Shown: positions 1 through 9,068 of the stretch, piece after piece
How positions within the stretch are numbered: the stretch's first letter is position 1
How the letters are laid out: every line of letters starts with the position of its first letter
DNA from: Candidatus Obscuribacteraceae bacterium
Lineage (GTDB): Bacteria; Cyanobacteriota; Vampirovibrionia; Obscuribacterales; Obscuribacteraceae
NCBI GenBank assembly: GCA_044226015.1
Contig: JBGAHS010000010.1
Span: 320,001-384,000, forward strand
Reading direction: 5' to 3'
DNA length: 64,000 bases
Position numbers and translations under genes: made by a program
Notes under the pieces: generated by a model
Databases searched by the model: none
Told to the model about the DNA's origin: nothing
Seen by the model: the letters and a program-made list of their open reading frames with translations, nothing else

Positions 1-87
1 GATGCTCTACAAAAGCTTACTGACAAACACGTAAAAGAGATCGATGAGATGACCAAGCATAAAGAAGCTGAGGTCATGGAGGTTTAA
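1..87 (+). CDS. frr: Ribosome recycling factor, C-terminal fragment (gene truncated by window start)
   Basis: Frame 1 translates DALQKLTDKHVKEIDEMTKHKEAEVMEV*, matching the typical RRF C-terminus; TAA at 85-87. Confidence 0.9.
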   Translation, partial: DALQKLTDKHVKEIDEMTKHKEAEVMEV

Positions 88-92
88 TTATC

Positions 93-1976
93 ATGTGTGG
101 AATCGTTGGATACCTTGGACCTATGGCGGCAGCTCCAGTTCTGATTTCCGAACTGCGCTGCCTCGAATACAGAGGCTATGACTCAGCTGGTGTTGCCGTA
201 ATTGAAGGCGGTCGTCTTGCTGTTATGAAAGCTGCTGGCAAACTGAGCAATCTGGAGCAAATGCTTCAATCGGAAAAGCCATCAGCTAACATCGGAATTG
301 GCCATACTCGCTGGGCTACCCACGGTATCCCCAACGATGAAAACGCCCATCCTCATATGGATTGTTCTTCGACACTTGCGATTGTGCATAACGGAATTAT
401 CGAGAATTACCTCGAATTGCGCTGTGAATTACAAGTTGCTGGACACAACTTTAGCTCTGAAACTGACACCGAAGTGGTGGCACACTTAATCGAAGATGAA
501 TTGAAAGGCGACAGAGAAGAAGATTTGCTTGCAGCAATCAGAAGAGCTGTTCACCGTTTGAAGGGTGCTTATGCACTCGGTATTGTGAGTCAGAAGCATC
601 CAGATCGCATTTATGCTGTTAACCATCATTATTCCCTTGCTGTAGGTCTCGGCGAAAACGAAAGCTTCCTCGCTTCTGATAGCGTCGCAGTTTGCCAGTA
701 CACTTCCAATGTATTGAGACTGGAGCAAAGCGAAATTGCTGAAATCACCACGAATGGTGCCAGACTTTTTTCCTTCGCTGGCACTGAAGTTAAGCGCAAC
801 CCTGTCTCTATGGACAATGTGCAATTTGTGATCGACAAACAAGGTCACAAACACTTCCTTATGAAGGAAATCTACGAGCAACCGCTTGTTTTGCGTCAGA
901 CCATTGGGAAGTATCTGATCGACCCGCGTAATCCAATTAGTTTTGAACCACATCTTGCTACTAATGGTGTTGGTGCGGGCTGTCAGTACGGTGTTTACTT
1001 TAGCGACGAAGAAATCAACAAAATTGAACGAATCAAGGTTGTTGCCTGTGGCACCTCCTACCATGCTGCAATGGTCGGCAAGTACATCATCGAGGAAATT
1101 TGTGGAATTCCGATGGATGTAGAAACGGCGTCCGAAGCTAGAAGCCGTCGTCTGCTTGTTGATGATCGCACTCTGACCATTGCCGTCAGTCAATCAGGCG
1201 AGACAGCTGATACTTTGTCAGCTTTTGCTGAAGCAAAAGCAATGGGTTCGATGCTTCTCGGTGTTACAAACCGACCTGACTCGCACCTGGCGCTTGTTTC
1301 GCCAAATCTGATTGTCACCGAATGTGGTATTGAGGTTTCCGTTGCAGCAACGAAAACATTTACCGCCCAGGTGACTTGCTTCTATCTGCTAGCACTGTAC
1401 TTGGCTGAAAAGAAAAAACTTCTTTCCGAAGAAAAGCTTTTCGAGTACAAGTCTGAGTTGCTGAAAACCCCAGCTTTAATTGAACTCGTGCTTTCACGGC
1501 ATGAGGACATAAAAGCTAAATCCATCAAGTATGCCGAAGCCCCAGACATGATGTTTATGGGACGGGGAGTGCACTATCCTGTGGCACTAGAAGGTGCGCT
1601 TAAGTTGAAGGAACTGAGCTATATCCATGCCTCCGGCTATGCCGCAGGCGAGCTTAAGCATGGTCCTATCGCAGTGCTAGATTCGAAGGTTCCTGTTGTC
1701 ACCTTACTGATACCGGGTTCCGTTTATGAAAAGACCCTTTCCAATGCGCAAGAGGCAAAGGCACGTCGTGCCAAAATGATTGCTGTAGCCGTTGAAGGAG
1801 ACCAGCTTGCTAAGGATACTTTCGAGACAGTTTTCGAAATTCCAGCCGTTAGCGAATTCTTCAGCCCCATAGTTAGCGTTGTGCCATTGCAATTGATGTC
1901 CTATTACATCGCCGATTATCTTGGCCAAGATGTAGATCAACCCCGCAATTTGGCGAAATCAGTAACTGTCGAATAA
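93..1976 (+). CDS. glmS: Glutamine--fructose-6-phosphate aminotransferase (isomerizing)
   Basis: N-terminal MCGIVG, YRGYDSAG, GHTRWATHG, SQSGET, C-terminal PRNLAKSVTVE. Confidence 0.98.
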   Translation: MCGIVGYLGPMAAAPVLISELRCLEYRGYDSAGVAVIEGGRLAVMKAAGKLSNLEQMLQSEKPSANIGIGHTRWATHGIPNDENAHPHMDCSSTLAIVHNGIIENYLELRCELQVAGHNFSSETDTEVVAHLIEDELKGDREEDLLAAIRRAVHRLKGAYALGIVSQKHPDRIYAVNHHYSLAVGLGENESFLASDSVAVCQYTSNVLRLEQSEIAEITTNGARLFSFAGTEVKRNPVSMDNVQFVIDKQGHKHFLMKEIYEQPLVLRQTIGKYLIDPRNPISFEPHLATNGVGAGCQYGVYFSDEEINKIERIKVVACGTSYHAAMVGKYIIEEICGIPMDVETASEARSRRLLVDDRTLTIAVSQSGETADTLSAFAEAKAMGSMLLGVTNRPDSHLALVSPNLIVTECGIEVSVAATKTFTAQVTCFYLLALYLAEKKKLLSEEKLFEYKSELLKTPALIELVLSRHEDIKAKSIKYAEAPDMMFMGRGVHYPVALEGALKLKELSYIHASGYAAGELKHGPIAVLDSKVPVVTLLIPGSVYEKTLSNAQEAKARRAKMIAVAVEGDQLAKDTFETVFEIPAVSEFFSPIVSVVPLQLMSYYIADYLGQDVDQPRNLAKSVTVE

Positions 1977-2002
1977 CGAATTTTCGTTATCAATGAATTA
2001 GG

Positions 2003-2035
2003 AAGCCATGTCCACTAAGACATGGCTTTTCTTTT
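2003..2035 (+). terminator. Intrinsic terminator after glmS
   Basis: AAGCCATGTC-cactaa-GACATGGCTT followed by TTCTTTT. Confidence 0.8.
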
Positions 2036-2225
2036 CACGGACTGCGGCGGTTGCTCCCTTGCTTTTGAGGATGATGAGTGCAATCCGCTCATTGAGACAT
2101 AGTCTGTCGAGACTCTAGCCTCGGGCTGGCTCCCTCGCAACTTGATTCAAGAGATGCCCAATCCTGTCGATTCGGCTGGTGGCATCTGTATCTCATAGCT
2201 CGCCTGTACTTCAGATGACCGAATT

Positions 2226-2250
2226 AAAAGGGAGAGCTTTCGCTCTCCCT
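2226..2250 (-). terminator. Intrinsic terminator after the secretin gene
   Basis: Minus strand AGGGAGAGC-GAAA-GCTCTCCCT then TTT; GNRA loop. Confidence 0.75.
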
Positions 2251-2276
2251 CTTGCTTTACTCTAGTTTGCCATCAA

Positions 2277-4649
2277 TTACATCTTGGCGCCTGGATTGGC
2301 TTCTGAAATTGGTGGAACTCCTGGTTGTTCTTCAACAATTCTTGGGGTGATCATGAGCATGAGCTCTCTTCTGTCACGTCCCTTGAGTGTGTTTCTGAAC
2401 AATGCACCAAACAACGGTGTTTCTGCAAGATAAGGAACTTTCGATATCTGAGCAGCTTCTTGTTCTGAGAACAATCCACCGAGTACCAGTGTCTGACCAT
2501 CTTTAACTCTTACTTCTTGAGCCATGATTTCTCTGATGTTCAAGAGAGTTACGATAACCTGCTGGTTCGCGAATGTTTGGGGCGGTCCAAGCGGAGCGGA
2601 GACTTGTGGTCTGATACGCATGTAGATGAATCCATCTTCCGAGGCTTTCGGCAACACATCGAGGAAGATACCAGCTTTGGTCAATTCAACGTTTACGTTG
2701 GTAACACCCAACGATACGGTAGATGTGACTTTGTGGATAACTTCTTGCGCCAGTGTTACGAGAGCTTCTGTGTTATCTGAGACAACTACGCTTGGGTTAG
2801 CGAGAATTTTTGCTTTGTTTTGTTGCAAGAGCATGTTAACGCTCAAGTTCAGTCCCATCGGTACGGTAGCGATGTTGGTTCTGCCGCCTGCTTCTTTATT
2901 AAGAGCCAGGAAGTTGAAGTTGCTCGCTGCAGTAGACGATGCTGTGATTCCTGCAATGTTGGCAGCAAGAGCTGCTGGGAAGAATCCGCCGAGTATACCG
3001 GCATAACCTGTCGAAGGTGCCGTCACAGTGTTCGCAGCTGGGTTTGAAGCCGTCTGAGTCGAAGTGAATGTACCCGTGAGTGGGTTTGGATTTCCCGCTG
3101 GAAGAATCTGTACCTGGTTCCCGTTGCTCGCTCCGAGTGTACCCGTTGCTGTTCTGGCTACGGTCGCACCCTGAGAGCCGAATCCTGGAAGGGAGTTGAT
3201 GAGCGGAGCTCCAGTACCACCGAGCAACGCACCTGATGCACCTTGTCCCTGCAGGTTCAGTGAAGCACCTAGCTGTCTGATACCTGAGTTGTTTAATTCG
3301 ATCAAGGAGACTTGAACGTGAATTTGTTTCGGACGTTTGTCGAGGCAGCGTATACACTCTTCAGCAACTGCAAGGTCGTCAGGCGTTCCGACAACAACAA
3401 CCTGTCGGTTTCTGTTGTCTGGAATTACGATAGCTCCACCGCCGTTTTGGTCAACGATGTAGTCCTGGGTAATTTCCTGGAAGGCTCTGATTTGTTCAGT
3501 ACCTGGGTCTTGTCCTGCGTTGTTGAAGCCAGTACCTTCTTGAATCTGTGTGCGGCTTGTACCTTTCAACTGTCTCTGGTTGTCCAGACGAGAACTGAAT
3601 GAGTAGTCAGCACCAGCATCACTTTCTTCTTTGCTTTCGATTGCGTTTGAAGATTGTTCATGCGCGTCTTGTCTTCTGTTGGCGCCACCAGCGCCTACAC
3701 CAGCTGACTGTGTTTCTTCTCTTGTCTCATTAGCGCTCTTTGGAGATTCGCTCTTAGCTGTTGCGTATCTTTGCTTGAAGGTTCCAGAAAAATCTGGAAG
3801 AACGCCTCTGTTGAATACGGAGGTGAAGAGAATGTTTGAGATGTCCCATGGGGTGATGTAGCTTAGCTTGAACACTTTGTAGTGTGTTCTGTTCAATCCC
3901 ATGAGGGTCAGTGCGTTCGGTGAACCTACGATGACCGTGTTGCTATCGAGTGTTCTGGCTTGCAGACCTGACTGAGCAAGAACTGCGTCCATTGCTTCGT
4001 TCAAGGTCACATCATGCAAGTCGCCTGTGATGTTGCCGATAACTGATCTGTCGATGAGGATGTTTAAGTTACCGCGACGAGCCAATTCAGCGATTACTTC
4101 TTTTATAGGAGTTTCGCGGAAGCTCAGATTGTGAATCAATTCTTCTTTAGCGAAGAGTTTGAAATCTCTTCTGATTTTGCCTTCACCGCCGTTTGCCGGC
4201 AGGCTCTTGTAAGCTGGGTCGAGACGCTTGTTGGCGGTTCCACCTGTGGTGTCAGCCAACTCGGTTCCGCTGCCTACCGCTGCTTCTCCACCTGTTGTCT
4301 CTGCAGACTTTGCGCTGGCGTCGTCGGCACCGAGGCTCACGTTGTCGCCGTCAATTTTCAGAGACGGAGCTTCGGAGTTAACTGGCTCGGTAGAAGCCGC
4401 GATCGCTGCTGCATTCGGCGCAGATATTTTGTTCAAACCAACAGACTCAGATGCACTGGTGTCTTGTCCTGGTTTGACTTCTGCTGTCGAAGTCATTTCA
4501 AGAGAAGGAGGTTTGAAATTCAGCGTACCGTTTGTGGTATCGCCGGCGATATTTGATTGCGCCCATGCTATAGGGGTTGCGATTAGGCTAAAAGCCATCA
4601 ATGACGCAGTCCACTTCACAACTTGAGCGCCTTGGTTTAGGCGAGTCAT
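2277..4649 (-). CDS. Secretin (PilQ/GspD family outer-membrane channel)
   Basis: Signal peptide; N0/STN-like LSFRETPIKEVIAELARRGNLNILID; secretin motifs AKILANPSVV, VRVKDGQTLVLGGL, KVPYLAETPLFGALFR, RRELMLMITPRIV. Start placed at ATG 4649 (AGGA upstream); ORF track starts at 4667. Confidence 0.9.
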   Translation of the reverse strand: MTRLNQGAQVVKWTASLMAFSLIATPIAWAQSNIAGDTTNGTLNFKPPSLEMTSTAEVKPGQDTSASESVGLNKISAPNAAAIAASTEPVNSEAPSLKIDGDNVSLGADDASAKSAETTGGEAAVGSGTELADTTGGTANKRLDPAYKSLPANGGEGKIRRDFKLFAKEELIHNLSFRETPIKEVIAELARRGNLNILIDRSVIGNITGDLHDVTLNEAMDAVLAQSGLQARTLDSNTVIVGSPNALTLMGLNRTHYKVFKLSYITPWDISNILFTSVFNRGVLPDFSGTFKQRYATAKSESPKSANETREETQSAGVGAGGANRRQDAHEQSSNAIESKEESDAGADYSFSSRLDNQRQLKGTSRTQIQEGTGFNNAGQDPGTEQIRAFQEITQDYIVDQNGGGAIVIPDNRNRQVVVVGTPDDLAVAEECIRCLDKRPKQIHVQVSLIELNNSGIRQLGASLNLQGQGASGALLGGTGAPLINSLPGFGSQGATVARTATGTLGASNGNQVQILPAGNPNPLTGTFTSTQTASNPAANTVTAPSTGYAGILGGFFPAALAANIAGITASSTAASNFNFLALNKEAGGRTNIATVPMGLNLSVNMLLQQNKAKILANPSVVVSDNTEALVTLAQEVIHKVTSTVSLGVTNVNVELTKAGIFLDVLPKASEDGFIYMRIRPQVSAPLGPPQTFANQQVIVTLLNIREIMAQEVRVKDGQTLVLGGLFSEQEAAQISKVPYLAETPLFGALFRNTLKGRDRRELMLMITPRIVEEQPGVPPISEANPGAKM

Positions 4650-5086
4650 CGCAAGTCCTTTCTTCATTTAGCTGCCACTTTGGTCGGGAAAAAAACAATA
4701 AACATTTTTAGATAGTAAGGTGAAATTAGCCGGTTTTATTGTACACGCTCAGCATCAAATTGCAAACAAAGGATTCGTCGCCGCCGTGTATTCGCTCTCC
4801 ATGATCGTTTTCGGAGTAGCCGATGCTTAGCTTATTCTAATCGTGGATCTTGAAATCCTCCTTCGCACCATAGCTAGTGTCATCGGGCGTTTTGCTTCCT
4901 ACTAATTTTGGCGATTTGTTAATCGTCCCTATAATACCGTTGACTTATCTGACGTAAATCAGGATGCATGCGAAAAAAGTCTGAAATTCTTGCTCTTTGA
5001 AATCTCAATTTTTTATACGACAGTTCTTCATAATTGATCTCTCATCTGAGGCAATCTCCAGATGACGCATGTCAACAGATGAGTGG

Positions 5087-6166
5087 CTATTTCCCGCTGT
5101 AGAGTCGGTGAATTGCTACTTCCAAGTTATTCCTGGCTTCAGTAAATCGCGGATTGATTCGCAAAGCCAATCTGAATTCTGAAATAGCAGGAACTATCTC
5201 GCCTCTCTTGTAAAGAGCATACCCCAGGTCGTTTCTCGCGCTTGGATTTAAAGGGTCAATTGCGACAGCCTGATTGAATTCCTCAACTGCTCCGCTGCTG
5301 TCTCCGTGACTGAACAAGCAGCGACCCAGTGCTAGATGGCTGTCGGGTGAACTTGGGTTTAGCAACATTGCTTGCCTGGCGGTGCGCAGAGCTGCCGTCT
5401 TGTCGCCTGATTTCAGAAGCGCATTTGTAAGTGCTACCTGCGCGCGAGCAGATGTGGCGTCAAGCGAAACAGCCTGTCGTGACGAATCCATCGCGCCACG
5501 ATTATCTCCCGATGCATACAGCGCCTCTGAAAGAGCCGACAGCGACTCGGCTGTTGGCTTGATGGATATCGCGCGACGATTTTCGTTTATCGATTCCTGA
5601 ATGTTGCCACCATGCGCAAGTGATTCGGCGAAAAGAAAATGTATCTCGGCCTGGTTCGGAGAAATCTCAACGGCTCTTCTAAATTGTGCCAGCGCTTCCA
5701 TATGATGACCGGCCAGTTCAAGCACTTTTCCGAGAAGGGCTCGAGCCGCTGCCGATGACGGGTTCAAATTGATCGATGTCGTCAGTTCGCTTGCCGCACC
5801 TTCGAGATCTCCCACCAGGTAAAGATAGGTTCCGAGCTTGAATCTTAGAAATGCATCTTTCGGATTGTCAGTAACTTGTCTGCGAACTTTGATGACAGTT
5901 TCGCCGTATAGCTTGAGCTCAGGCGTTTGCCGGTCGAGCATGAGCAACTTCAAGTAATCTTCGCGCTGTGACTCTTTGCTATTGGTATCAGCAGTGGTGA
6001 CTTCCTTATGCTCTGGCTCTTTCTTCTCTTCAATCTTTTTTGTTTTCGGCTCAGTCTTTCCGCTGCCAGTCTCAGCAGCCGTTACCGTCATATTGATAAA
6101 ACATAATTGAGTGATTGCAATAGCTAGTGTATATACTACTGCTTCTGCACGTTGAAAAATGCGCAA
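5087..6166 (-). CDS. Secreted tetratricopeptide repeat protein
   Basis: Multiple TPR units (e.g. ARNDLGYALYKRGEIVPAISEFRLALRINP). Likely TTG start at 6166 with GAGGA 9 nt upstream; the ORF-track start 6226 overlaps hemW. Confidence 0.85.
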   Translation of the reverse strand: MRIFQRAEAVVYTLAIAITQLCFINMTVTAAETGSGKTEPKTKKIEEKKEPEHKEVTTADTNSKESQREDYLKLLMLDRQTPELKLYGETVIKVRRQVTDNPKDAFLRFKLGTYLYLVGDLEGAASELTTSINLNPSSAAARALLGKVLELAGHHMEALAQFRRAVEISPNQAEIHFLFAESLAHGGNIQESINENRRAISIKPTAESLSALSEALYASGDNRGAMDSSRQAVSLDATSARAQVALTNALLKSGDKTAALRTARQAMLLNPSSPDSHLALGRCLFSHGDSSGAVEEFNQAVAIDPLNPSARNDLGYALYKRGEIVPAISEFRLALRINPRFTEARNNLEVAIHRLYSGK

Positions 6167-6206
6167 CTTATCTTGTCCTCTGCAGTTTATTTGATTCTGA
6201 CTGATA

Positions 6207-7331
6207 ATGGCAAAATCCGCATACATACATATACCATTTTGCGCTCACAAATGTGACTTTTGTGACTTTGCAGCTTTTGCTGGACTGGATGATCTGCAAG
6301 GCGAATATGCAAATGTGCTAGTCAAAGAAATAGAGCACCGTCTTTCAGCAGAACCCAATAATGAAAAGCTCAGCACCATCTTTTTTGGTGGTGGCACACC
6401 TGGATATGTTCCAGCAATCCATTTGGCTCAAGCAATTGAGAGCTTGAAACAACTTTGCGGAATTGAAGAGAATCCCGAAATCACAATTGAAACTACCCCT
6501 GCCACCATAAGTGAAGAAAAGGTAGAGGCGTGGCTTAAAGCCGGGATCAATCGAATCTCTATAGGCATAGAGTCACTGCATGAAAATGAACTGCAGGCTA
6601 TGGGTCGGGGAGTACAATCACGAGAAACTGCAATGTTGTCAGTTCTCAATGCTCGAAAATTTGGCTTTGAGAATGTAGCAGTAGATTTGATGTATGGTCT
6701 GCCAAAACAAACCCTTGAATCGTTTGAATCTACGCTAAATGATTTGCTTTCGCTTGGAGCTGACCATTTGTCATCTTATGGCTTGACCATTGCCCAGAAT
6801 TCACCGCTATTGGTGCACTATCCATTGAGTTCCGATGAATACCCTTCTGAAGAAGTCTTCGTTCAAATGTATGATTCGTTGGTTCGAATTGCTGAATCTT
6901 TTGGTTTGTCTCAATACGAAATATCCAATTTCGCTAAGTCTGGTTTTGAAAGTCGACACAATAAGATTTACTGGAAAAACGAAGAGTATCTTGCCTTTGG
7001 AGTAAGCGCTCATCGCTATTATCGAGGCAAACGCAGCTCTAACTTCAGAGCCTTGAAGCGATATATGCGCGAGTATCAAAACAACGAAACCGAAGAGCTA
7101 ATCAACGAGGAGAACAAAATCAAGGAAGCAATTTTTCTTGGTTTACGCCTGACGGCCGGGTTGAACCTACGAGAATTCGAAGCTGAGTATTCGCATGATT
7201 TGTCGACTATAAAAGGTATGGAAATTAGTAAACTTGAAGAGCTAGGACTCCTGAAGCTAAGGAATGGTTGCTTGAGCCTTACGCAGAAGGGCATTTTGAT
7301 AAGCAATACTGTACTGGCCGAACTAATATGA
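6207..7331 (+). CDS. hemW: Radical SAM heme chaperone HemW (HemN-like)
   Basis: YIHIPFCAHKCDFC (CxxxCxxC), FFGGGTP, YEISNF, HNKIYW (HNxxYW HemW signature). Confidence 0.92.
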   Translation: MAKSAYIHIPFCAHKCDFCDFAAFAGLDDLQGEYANVLVKEIEHRLSAEPNNEKLSTIFFGGGTPGYVPAIHLAQAIESLKQLCGIEENPEITIETTPATISEEKVEAWLKAGINRISIGIESLHENELQAMGRGVQSRETAMLSVLNARKFGFENVAVDLMYGLPKQTLESFESTLNDLLSLGADHLSSYGLTIAQNSPLLVHYPLSSDEYPSEEVFVQMYDSLVRIAESFGLSQYEISNFAKSGFESRHNKIYWKNEEYLAFGVSAHRYYRGKRSSNFRALKRYMREYQNNETEELINEENKIKEAIFLGLRLTAGLNLREFEAEYSHDLSTIKGMEISKLEELGLLKLRNGCLSLTQKGILISNTVLAELI

Positions 7332-7417
7332 GAAGAAGTTTAACTTTGTGTCATTTTGGGTAATTCAAGCAATGAGAGTTGTGAAGGGGTAGGGCTTAAT
7401 GCTCTGCATTTACTACG

Positions 7418-8902
7418 ATGAATGAGCTCGAAGACGATGAAATAGTACTTCGAGTCGAGAAAGACCCGCTCATTGGGAAAAAGCTAGGTGGTAGATATCA
7501 AATCGCCTCTGTGCTTGGGCGGGGCGGCATGGGCGTCGTCTACAAAGCGACCCAGGTAGATATTGATAGACCTGTCGCTCTCAAGACCTTACACATCAGC
7601 AAAGTAATTGATAGCAAGGTTATTCAGAAGTTTCGCTCAGAGGCTCAAGCTATCTGTAAAGTCAGGCATCCCAACACGGTGATGGTTTATGACTTTGGTG
7701 TCAGCGACGAGGGGGTGCCGTTTCTAGTAATGGATTTGATCAACGGCATAAGTTTTCGTCAGGTGGTTAAAGAGCATGCTCCCCTTTTGAATCTGGGGCG
7801 CGTCTACAATGTATTTAAACAGATTTGTGCAGCGCTTACTGCTGCGCATGAAGCTGGAATCGTACACCGCGACCTCAAACCGGAGAACATTATGCTCTGC
7901 CCAAAACAGGGGCAACCTGATTGGGTGTACGTATTCGATTTTGGCATTGCTGGAATGATGGATGGCTCGGAGCAAGATCGCGAGATTATTGGAAGCCCTC
8001 CTTATATGAGTCCTGAGCAGTGCTCAACCGAAGGCAAAATTGATCATCGGACAGACATCTATGCTCTCGGTGTGTGTTTGTTTGAGGCTCTGAGTGGCAA
8101 GTTTCCGTTTCAAGCGCGAACAGCAATGGAAATGATGGAGTGCCATTTGCATCAGAAACCTCGTGTGCTAAAAGAGCTTGATTCGAAATTTGGCACTTAC
8201 GAATCTATCGGGCAAGTCATTTTGAAAGCGATGGATAAGCAACCTGAAAAACGGCAGCAATCCGTTAAAGAATTTGCTATGGAGTTGGAAGACGCAATTA
8301 AGAAGGATTCCAGAAGAGGCATGCAGTTGAAAGACCGCGTCACTATGGAAATTACAGCACCGAAGACAGAAGATTTTGTAGCCGTTAAACAAGACAACCC
8401 TGGTCTAGAGTCTGGTATTCATAAGTCAATAGTGGAAAAGGTTCAAGCTTTTGTACAGGGTGACCAGCGTGATGAGCCAGAGAAGGAAGAAGAAGATGCA
8501 GAGTCGAAGTATTATTTCTCGCATTGCCCACATTGCGAGGCGCCTACCGAGCCAGGAATAAGCTTGTGTCTGGCTTGCGGCAGAAGCCTGGCATCGAAAT
8601 CTGATTTTAGTAAAATTCGTGCGTCTAGAGGCGATTTTAGTTTGCCTCGGCATCATGAGCTGAGTACGTCACAAGCTAATTCAGCTAAGGGTTTCAGCCA
8701 GAAGAGTAAGTCTGCGATGGGTTCCAATCGCATTTGGTCTAAATCACTATTGATGGTTCTGGTAGGTTTTCTGCTGCTCGGATGTGCTTTCGTCTTCATG
8801 GGTGGTGGCAAGTGGCTGTCCATCACATTCGGTTCAAGTCAAGATACTATGGGCGCACCATCAGATAATACGTCGGTGAATACAAGCACTCCTACTCAGT
8901 AA
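7418..8902 (+). CDS. Hanks-type Ser/Thr protein kinase with zinc ribbon and C-terminal TM helix
   Basis: LGRGGMGVVY, VALK, HRDLKPEN, DFG, GSPPYMSPEQ; CPHC...CLAC; hydrophobic C-terminal segment. Confidence 0.93.
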   Translation: MNELEDDEIVLRVEKDPLIGKKLGGRYQIASVLGRGGMGVVYKATQVDIDRPVALKTLHISKVIDSKVIQKFRSEAQAICKVRHPNTVMVYDFGVSDEGVPFLVMDLINGISFRQVVKEHAPLLNLGRVYNVFKQICAALTAAHEAGIVHRDLKPENIMLCPKQGQPDWVYVFDFGIAGMMDGSEQDREIIGSPPYMSPEQCSTEGKIDHRTDIYALGVCLFEALSGKFPFQARTAMEMMECHLHQKPRVLKELDSKFGTYESIGQVILKAMDKQPEKRQQSVKEFAMELEDAIKKDSRRGMQLKDRVTMEITAPKTEDFVAVKQDNPGLESGIHKSIVEKVQAFVQGDQRDEPEKEEEDAESKYYFSHCPHCEAPTEPGISLCLACGRSLASKSDFSKIRASRGDFSLPRHHELSTSQANSAKGFSQKSKSAMGSNRIWSKSLLMVLVGFLLLGCAFVFMGGGKWLSITFGSSQDTMGAPSDNTSVNTSTPTQ

Positions 8903-9068
8903 AGACGAGGTTTCTGCGGGTCCACCCTGCGAATTCAACTTTTTGAACCCCTGCGGAGATGGATGTGGTGAATGGATGCTTTGACATGCCGTGAATCGAT
9001 CTCGTAATTGGATTACATGCATTGAGCGCGTAAGCACACTTTTGCGATTGGATTCTATGGTTGGTGAT

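Noticed and set aside
88..92. glmS ribozyme
   Set aside because: Only 5 nt separate the frr stop and the glmS start.
4668..5086. c-di-GMP riboswitch upstream of the secretin
   Set aside because: The GEMM pattern (GGCAAA...GAAA...GACGCAAA) was not found.
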